From IMG/VR virus record IMGVR_UViG_3300044614_002195, positions 64,001 to 128,000 of that record: 64,000 nt of DNA. One strand, given 5' to 3'. The translations under genes and the position numbers were made by a program. The stretch is from a virus. This document shows, one piece after another, positions 10,586 through 20,500 of this stretch. Every line of letters begins with the position of its first letter. Positions within the stretch are counted from its first letter, which is position 1. A model generated the notes under the pieces. That model did no database searches, was not told where the DNA came from, and was given only the letters and a program-made list of their open reading frames with translations.

Positions 10586-11479
10586 ATGCCATGGATTGAT
10601 AGTCTAGACTGGTCATCATTAAACGCTCTTCGGAGATATCCTATAAGAGAGGGTCTTAGTGCTCAAAGTATTGACGAAATATTTAACATTCCTGACACTC
10701 TAATAGTGGATTTTTCATTATCTGCTTCAAGTAATGTCGAAGACAGATTTTACATATCTAAAGTATTTAATAAAATATCTTCCGTAGTCATAGAGGTCAG
10801 TGACTGGGGAGATAACATTGTAGGTACATTTCAAGCATCTTCTTCAGATAGCCTTGATACTGATTTTTACATGACCGCAACTAGCGACTATACAGGAGCT
10901 AACGGCAAAATAACTATAGGTACGCTGGCAGATCTAGCCAATCAACCTGCTGGAGTATATACATTTTCAAAATCTGCCACAGAACTAGAACCCAGGACAA
11001 TCATTCCAGGATTACAGGGAATTGATAGGATTTCGTTCATTGACGTAAATGCAGGTACATCCACAATGACAGGGCATGTCAAGTTGGCTTCTCGTAGCAA
11101 TCTAAGGTTTTCATTAAGCCTCACAGAAGACAATAGTATACTACTTGACGCTGGAGATGATCTAGGTCTGAATAAACAGTGCGGTGTGACCAACTGTGTT
11201 AAGAGAATTAATGGTGTTGCTCCAGACCCAGCTACAGGAAACATTAGTTTACTGGGTATTGATTGCGTTACAGTGAAAAACAATGAACCCTACACTTTAG
11301 ATATTGAAGACACCTGCTGCTCTCCATGCGTAGGCTGTAACGACCTACAAGAATTGACTCTAAGACTCACCTCGCTAGAGAATAACTTTTTAAACTTAAA
11401 AAATAATTATAATAATGTTAATAATCAACTATCTACTTATCTAGCCACCACAAACTCCAATTGCGAATGTCCTGCCTAG
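10586..11479 (+). CDS. Tail/baseplate protein, paralog 1 of a five-member family; Cys-rich C-terminus with coiled coil
   Basis: LDWSSLNALRRYP N-terminal motif, RINGVAPDPATGNI motif, CCSPCVGC followed by a heptad-like segment. Confidence 0.55.
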   Translation: MPWIDSLDWSSLNALRRYPIREGLSAQSIDEIFNIPDTLIVDFSLSASSNVEDRFYISKVFNKISSVVIEVSDWGDNIVGTFQASSSDSLDTDFYMTATSDYTGANGKITIGTLADLANQPAGVYTFSKSATELEPRTIIPGLQGIDRISFIDVNAGTSTMTGHVKLASRSNLRFSLSLTEDNSILLDAGDDLGLNKQCGVTNCVKRINGVAPDPATGNISLLGIDCVTVKNNEPYTLDIEDTCCSPCVGCNDLQELTLRLTSLENNFLNLKNNYNNVNNQLSTYLATTNSNCECPA

Positions 11480-11500
11480 CTGTTAAAATAGCAAAATATT

Positions 11501-14500
11501 ATGGCAGCTCTGGAGTACTTAACGCAAAACAGCTTAACAGCATATCCGTTCAGGAGAAGCAGGCCTGCGTTTACAACAAACCTGCAGCAAGAAAATTATA
11601 CAGAGTCTCTAGTAAGTGACGAGTGGTTTTACGATATAATCTTTGTTTCTTACTCGACCAGTATACGAAGTGTATATGTTTCGAGTATAGAAAAAACAGA
11701 AGACGGACGGCTTATACTAGGCTTCAGTAACGCTGAAACTTTACAATTAATAGATAATCGTTTAATTGAAGTACCCGCCGATAAACTAGAGAATCATTTA
11801 AACAACAGGGCCCAAAGTTTTTTTCCTGTCACAAGTACATCTTTTTCAGTAAAAATTGTTTTTGGCGCGGGGCTGGTGGGCAGTACTGCTTTTAGCTATA
11901 CTTACAACTTAGCACAAACATTATTAGCGGCTAGCGCGGTAATACCCTGCCCTCCAAAATTATTAAGTTTAACTTTTAAAGCATTTCAATCTGAGAGAAA
12001 TGAGTCTGGTCAGGTCATTTCAGAGCTAGTACCCATAATAACCTATACTCCTAGTGACTACTCTCCTATATGGAGATTTGGACATAATCTGAACTTTGCT
12101 TTAGAGAGTTTAAATTATGGAGGGATCTCAGTTGAACCAGGAGGAGGGATGGGACTGTTTGATAGCTGTACTCCTGCAGGAGATATTACAGATGTATACA
12201 CCGTATCAAATGTTAGTCCAAACGATGAGGGAAGTTTATTTTTAAACACACTTGCCTGCCAAAGTTTAAATCTTTTATCAGAAAACGATAAAAGCTTTTT
12301 AACGCTGACCAATCAGTTAGATAATTACTCTGAAGATATTATTATTGCAGGGCATTCATTAACTTTAAAAAACTTTTGTGAAGCTAAATGCCCTAGGGAA
12401 AATATTAACGCTTTTGCGCATTATATTAATCGTGTAGCTGACGCAGCTTCAGAAATTAGTAAAATAGCTTTTCTCGATAAAGAAACAAGAGGACTAGGGA
12501 CACCCACAACAGACATATTCAACGCTTCTTCTTTTTGCGTCAGCAATTTAGCCGAAGCTGGGGCAACAGGCGCCTCCAGTCAGTTCAATAATCCTTTTTT
12601 ACGCTGTACTGAAGTTACAGAACCTATAGATACATTTATAGACTGCAACGCGTCCTTCATAAAATATTTCCATGAGTTTAGAACTTTGCAAATATTTTAC
12701 AATAGCGTAACCACCAGAAGTTTCATTATTCTGGAGGTTATTGATGAGAACACTGTAAGATTAAATGAATCCCCTACAGCCGGCCAAAATTTATGGTTTA
12801 GAGTAAAAGACAATGGAGTAATTAGTAATATGAACTGCGCTACTTTAGCGCATAACCAGAAAATTGAGCTAGCAAAAAAAACTTACTTTAAAGTCAGATA
12901 TACTACTAGTGAAACTCAGGATTACGACGGATCGCAAGTCACAGTCACATCTTTGTCCATAGGAATATATAATCCTTCAGCTTTAGGTATCACAAGTGTG
13001 CGTGTAGATTTCAATGTGTCACCAAAGCTCACACAAGTAGGTGCAATTAAAGTTAGAAAAAAAGAAACTGTAGACTTGATGAATACTGCAGAAGCAGTGT
13101 TGGGTTGTAAAGAGTACGCTATAGTAGAAGTAGCGTATAAAATAGCTTGCGGAGAAGTTGATGCAGACATAAGCATCCAAGTCATGGATACCACCGGCGC
13201 TGTTGAAGAACAGATAGGTGAAACATACTACATACCTAGCATCAACGGAGCGTTATGTGTAGACAGTCCTATAGGTGCAACAAAAGTAACAAGACAATTA
13301 AAACATTCACAGGTCACATCTGACTTTGTATACCCGCCATTACCTAGCGTAGTAACACCCCAGGAGGAGTGGACAACGTCTAACGTCACGATAATAGGGG
13401 ATGCGCCTGCAGGTTTTGCGGTATCTGCGTATCAGCCGTGGACATGGCCAAGCCAGCAGAACGCTGTGGAAATTTGCCAGACCTATCCAAAATACTGTTT
13501 ACTCAACGGGAACCCCTTGTTGGCATGCGGCTGGATTAAATTGTTCTACGCCCTCGTGCCTAGTGAAATACCCGACAACAATAAAAGCAAAAGATATGAA
13601 ATTATTTTTAGAAATACGACGGCCTCAGCAGAAGAACTTGGCAATCTTGGGGCGTATGCCCCGCTTCCAAAATACAATTATTCTAAAGTTGTAATAATAT
13701 GGTTAGCTTCGCCGGTCATATTGTCACCCTTAGGTGTGAATTACACTGAAAGTAACCCAGCACTTATAGACTACGACACCACATACACTGATGAAAATCC
13801 ATTACTCACTGTGTCTGTTGATAATATGCTACGCTTCTCGGAAGCTTTTCCGGGAGATGACGAAGCGTATTATTATATTGTCACAGGACTGCCTGCAGGG
13901 CTTACGTTCAACGAAGCCACCGGAGCAATAACAGGTAAAATATCTTCTGATGCTCCATCTGGCGAAAAGATAGCCATAACAATATCTGCTCATAATCCTG
14001 ACGGATATGCTCAAAACCCGCAAACAATTTACCTACAACCTGAGTTACGTGCAGTTCCAGAAATATCCCTGGACCTCACCACGCCTGGGCCTACATTTGA
14101 TATCGACAATCTGACAGTGTACACCACGGTCGCATCTTTTTATAAGATAAATACCGTAAATCTACCTATACTATATTACAGAATATATTTTGGTGCAGGG
14201 CAAAGCTTACCTAACGGACTATACTTTGACCAGGCTGTGGGGTTGATTACCGGCAGAATTACTTCAAACACCGCAGGTAGCTTAAGTTTTGAAATCACGG
14301 CAATCAACCGTTTTGGAGAATCTGATAGGCTGGCTATAAGTATAAATTACGAAATATTTTCTAGACCTCAAATAACGGCACCAACAGCTTCACAGTACTT
14401 CAATCTCTTATTCAATTCAGTATATACTATAGAATCTCCACTATTTACTATAACAGCCACGCAGGCTTTTGGAGGAACAGATAATTTTGCCGAGGGGCTC

Positions 14501-17500
14501 ACAGATTTAACTAGAAACAGCTACACGGCTGACGCATGGAACGGCACCTCAGGCATACCTCCGGGTTTTTTCTTAGATCAATATACTGGTAAATTTTACG
14601 GTGTATTAGATAGCGCAGAAATACCTACAGATTTGGTACCTGTAACTTATCCTATATTTTTAAAAGCTACAAACCCACTAGGGCAGTCGGAGAAGCTGGT
14701 TTATCTTGTTCTTGGTAGTCCTGAGGGTGCACCAGTAATATCCACAGGTAGCACAATTACAATCGCAAGAAACACGGAATATACATTAGCGTCACCTTTG
14801 TTCACAATATCTGCAACAGGGGATCCTGATACTTATGCAGCTACAGGATTACCTGCAGGTTTGACTTGTGACGAAAGTACAGGAAAAATAATAGGTAGCG
14901 TAAACTCATCGCTATACGCTGGAGTTTATACTGTAACGTTGGAGGCACAAAACGACTACGGCTCAGCCGCACCAATAACGAGGCTTATTAAAGTTCCGTT
15001 AACTTCTCCAACTATATCTCCAGCTGACACTTATACAATATTTGTAGGTGCAACTTATGCAAATATTTTTACAGTAACCCCTCCTCAAATAATAGGTGGA
15101 GAAATTTCAAACATATCTTTGTCTCAAATACCTCCAGGTTTAAGCTTCACAAATAATACGCTCTCAGGCATTCCAACCAATACAGGAAATTTCAACATAT
15201 CTGTTACAGCATCATCTCTTACGCTAGGGATTTCCAGATCAACTGTAGCTATAAGCATAAGCAGGCAGTTATACACTATGACAGGTAGCGTTCTAGACGA
15301 CCAGGGCTCTGGTGTAGCAGGTGTAGGTATAGTTATGCGAGGAGCCACAGGAGCTATAACCAGCAATGATGGCACGTATAGTTTAAGCGATATACCGTCA
15401 GGCACTTTCAATGTTACCGCAGTTAAAGCCGAGGCAATCATTACACCAACGAGAAAAAGCGCTACGTTTCCACCAACAGGAGGAGGATCAACACTTAGTG
15501 GAATTAACTTCACTGCTGTAGGCCCTCTACGATTAATCACAGGAACTTTAAAAAACAGTGTAGACCAGACGCCTATCGCGAATGCAGTGATAAATGACAG
15601 CTTTCAAATAGTAAGAACTAATTCATACGGGCAATTTGAATTGTATACATCTAGGAATGCGGTAACATTGACGTTAACCGCTTCAAATTACATAATCCCT
15701 GACCAACAAGTAAACGCAGGCAGCACTAGTGTAATTTTGAATATGCTCGGCAATCCAATCTACTCATTGGCAGGAACTATAACCGCCGAAGAAAACATAC
15801 AGGGTAGTATTCAGGTGACTGCAATAAATACAGTCACCGAAGAAGAATTTTCTACACAATCGCTAATAACAAACAACACAGCTTACTATTATTTAGACCT
15901 TAAATCAGGTACATATACTATCTTACCTAGTAGTAATAGCCCTCAAGGATTTTCTTTTTTTGGCCTACCTGCCAGTGTTACGATGAATGTATCCCGCATC
16001 GTAAACTTTAGTGCAAATAAGCCTGGGAAAATATACGGTACAGTAGGATACGTGCGTACAAATAGCCAAGACTATACATTCCCACTACCTGGTGCAGTCG
16101 TATCGGCCTCTTTGAATACTAACGCACAGGCAGGACCAGGACTAAGCTATATTGGAAACATCGGGTCAACAGGCTCAGCATCAGCCACAACTAACAGCCT
16201 AGGTGAGTATATATTAGAAAATTTAACTTACGGAACTTATATCATAACTACCCAGCTAGAGGGTTATACATTTGCAGTAGGCTCTGCAGAATTAGGAACA
16301 CAAGCAACAGCTTTAGTTAATTTTATACCATCGCAGGCATTTGATATCTCCGGTAGAGTTTACGGAGACACAGCAAAGTCTATAAATTTATATATTGCCA
16401 GGGTGTATTTAAAAGAGGTATCTACAGGAAAATTATATCGCACAGGAACAAATTTAAACGACGGCACATATATAATACGCAACGTACCCTCAAGCGTAAA
16501 TTATTCTGTAGAACCTCTGGATTATGTTTTAAGTGCAGAGTTAATAGGATGTACTTTTACACTTGAATCAGACCCATCAGGCAAAGTATCCGTGAACAAT
16601 TCGAGTTTATTTGCCAAAGACTTCATACTGGACTCAGTATTACCCATATTACCTCCGACCCCCGAGATAGAGAACATTCAGCTAGCCTCAAATCGCGAAG
16701 CCACAGTATACTATAACATAGGTACAAGCAACGAAGGTTGCCCAGTAATAGAAAAGTATTATGCTATAAGCGAAACACCGGGAGCAACAGGAGCAACAGG
16801 AGCAACAGGACCATCATGGGTACTTATACCTAGTGCATACGGAGCAACAGGGGCAACAGGATCAACTACACCCGGGTTTGAAGGAGGCGTGGCAGGAGCA
16901 ACCGGCTCAACAGGAGCAACAGGAGCAACAGGAGCAACAGGAGCAACAGGAACATTTTTCATAATACCTAACACGTCTATAGTCCTAGGTAAAGATTACG
17001 ATATAAAGCTTAAATCTGTAAATTTATACGGTGAAACAATTTCAAGCCAATATTCTCTTACAACTCCGAAACCTCCTGAGGCCCCAACAATCACATCCTC
17101 TACGGTATTATATACTGTACCTCCAGGCTTAAGTGTGGAATATACGGCTCCGACAGAAACTTACGGTTATTCTATAACTAGGTATGAATGGCGCTACAGA
17201 GTTACTGCAGACTTATTGACTGGCGCAGTATTTAATTCTCCTGCATGGACAGCGTGGGTAGCAACACCAAGCTTAAGTCCGTCTCCTTTAATAATAACCA
17301 ATATTCCTACGGCGCGAATAATCGATATTCAATTGAGGGCAGTTTCAACGATAGGCTCAGGAGTATCTTCTAATATTTTACAAGATATAACCGTCGCAAG
17401 CTCCCCTGTAACGCCAAATAATTTCATATTTCCTGAAGGGTACGATAAGCGGACACCGGAGATGCTGGCTGAAGGAGGAGGTATAAAAGTATATTTTTAT

Positions 17501-20500
17501 CAGGGCGCAAATGGAGGTTCAGAAATAACCGATATTGAATATAGCCTGGACGGCGAAGTAACCACTGTTTCAACAGGACTACAACCGCAAATAAATACTT
17601 ACAACTATTTCATAATTCTCGGTTTAACGGGAGGACAAACTTACACTGTTAAAATACGTGCTGTAAACGCTAGAGGTTACAGTTCATGGCTTACATATAA
17701 CTCTAAAAAAATTATAGCTAAACCTATAAGCTTGGCGCTTAAACCAGAACATTTGGTGGTACATAGCCCTAATCTATATTTAAATTTAAGTTCCACTGAC
17801 GATATTTTTGATACAGGAGGAGCGTTGAGAATAGCTAGCTGTGTTTTTGACATAGCTGTAGATAACGATAGTTGGTCTCCTGATCCGTTAAACCCGGACG
17901 AAGCAAGAACTTTAGAAAATTCAGGACTAGTAATGCTTAGCGATAACCAATCGTATGGAAATTATTTTTCACCCAAAACTATAGTGCTCGCACCATTAAA
18001 CACAACCTATACTCAGTTATATTCTTTTTTAGATGATAGAACTTATTATGTGCGCTGCACTCCTACGAATAATGAAAACCTGACAGGGGAACCTTCACCA
18101 TTCACCAGTGTAACAATAGCTGCCTCTCTACCGACTATCGCTGCCCCGATAAAAATTAGAACCGTGCCAGGCGAAGGATCCCTTAGAGTTACAGCCGCAA
18201 CCGCAGCAAGAAGTATACTTTTAGAGGAAGCAGGAGGTGCTGAACCGAATCTTTATCCTGGCAGCTGGGAGTTCATTAATACACTACCCCCTCTAAGGTC
18301 TGAAGCTAATGAAACTTTACGTTTTGCCGTGGAGGTCAGAGATCCTTTAGACCTTGAAACGTTAATAAGTACGCATTACATATACCCAACTTATACTTAT
18401 GGAGGAGATTTTGACTTACCTAGCTCTGTGCGTAGGTATTTAAGACGGTCATATTTTGCCCCTCCTGTCGATGACTTTTGGGGAAATATAACCGGACTCA
18501 GCGAAGGTCAGCAATATAAGTTGACGTATTATATGGAGAACCCTATAGGGCAGGGCCCTAAATCTAACATATTTATAACAACCAGCCGAGTTGGCACCCC
18601 TCAAAGTTTTGTAGGTGTAACGTTTGGTACGCCAGACATGTTCAACACTATACCTGTATCTTTTAGTCTATCTTATTACATATCCACAGACTACCCTAGT
18701 AGTTTAGTGCAATACGCAGTATATCCTAACGACGAAAGCACTAGCTTATATTATTCTATAGACGACGGGGAAACCTATATATTAATTGATAACTATGTAG
18801 CATCCGAAGGAGACATCGACACAGCGTGGCTAGGTGTATTAGAAGAAAATCCAGATTGGTATCCATATGAGTTATTAGAGACTGTAGATTGGACTATATT
18901 TGCTCCAGACTTTGTAGGCTATGATTGGGAAAGAACGTTAGAAAACGGAGGATTAATTTATCCTCCTGAAGGAACTATAAGAACACTCGATAACGGCGGC
19001 TACTATCCAGGCGCCCTTCGCGAAAGAAGACTAGATAACGGCGGATATATTTATAATTTATCAGAACCGCGCACAGTTGCAAATGGTGGCCTTTTACCTA
19101 ATACGGCAAAATTAAATTGCATGCTACCTACACCAAATAACGGTGCATACCAAGCGACATATTTAATTAAAGCTAGCAACAACCTAGGCGACGGTGTTGT
19201 GCTTTCGTTCTACTCGTTCAGGCGTACACCTACTGAAGCAGTTTTACCGACAAGCCTTTCAGACATACAGCAAGCGCAAGGGCAATTAACCTTTAGTGCA
19301 AGCGATCAAGAAAACTACAGCTCGCCTACAATGCTGCGATGCAGCTTCGCCAATACTCTTATTGTCTACGAAGCCCCGCTGACAAACCCATTTGTGTGGA
19401 CAGATATACCTAGCGGTACATACTCAGGTGGGATTATAATTGAAGCTTACAACAACGCAGGCACAGGAGCCAGAAGCGAAATATCTGGAACTGTAGTTAT
19501 AGCTACACCGTCTCAGCCGATATTAACGTATAACGCTACATATAACGGTCCTATAGATCTTGTTATTGGTAGACCTACCTCAACAGCAGGACAAGCCATA
19601 ACTTTCTACGAAATAACTGTAACTACACAGGAGGAATATGGCGATAGCTGGCAAGACAAGGGCATTAGACAAGCTTCAGTCGCCTACACTGGGCAAATAA
19701 CAAATTACACAATAAACACAACCGGTTATGTTGTAAAAATAAATACTAGATTTTTAGTTGTTGCACGGGCCAGGAACCAGTATGACACAGGTATAAGCGC
19801 CAGTTTGTTTGTCTACCCTCATATGTACGGGAGCATTCCAAGCAGCTACTCGGTAACTCCGGGTGCCGACAAGTACACTTTATCATGGAGGCTAGGGTAT
19901 ACCGGCAATCTTCCTGGAGGGTTTAAAATAAACGGAGAAATCTTAGGTACCCCTCACACATTTACAGGTGAGCCTGGATTATTAAATCGCCTTTATACCA
20001 AAGAGGTACCTACGCAGATATATACAACTCAAACATACGTATTAGAACAATATAATTCGGCAGGATTATCTGTAAATACTAGCGGGCAGCCACAGCCGCT
20101 AACTGTTTACGCTCAAGGGGCGTATAGCCCTGCGCCTCCATTAATAACTCAAGCCTTACAATATAGTGAAAACACCTATCAAATTAATATAGCGGTAAAC
20201 CCTTTATGGAAAACAACTATAAACAACAAAACTATAGAATATAAATTTTGGGTAGAAAATGAGACAAATTTCAACGATGCACCTGTGCAAGGACCATATC
20301 CGTGGGGTTCCACAAATACCAATGAATTGTACCTTCCCGATCTCGTACAGGGAGTCACATATAAATTTGCCTGCAGACTTGCATACGCATATGGCGGTTA
20401 TGGCTTGAGATACACTGAGTACACAGAAGCGATAAGTATAAGTCTTATGCCAAATACCAGCATATCCGGCATATCTATGGACCAATACGCTAATGCTTTG

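Noticed and set aside
16781-16954. GGAGCAACA repeats as a CRISPR array or iteron set
   Set aside because: 9-bp in-frame coding units with no unique spacers; explained by the GAT peptide repeat.
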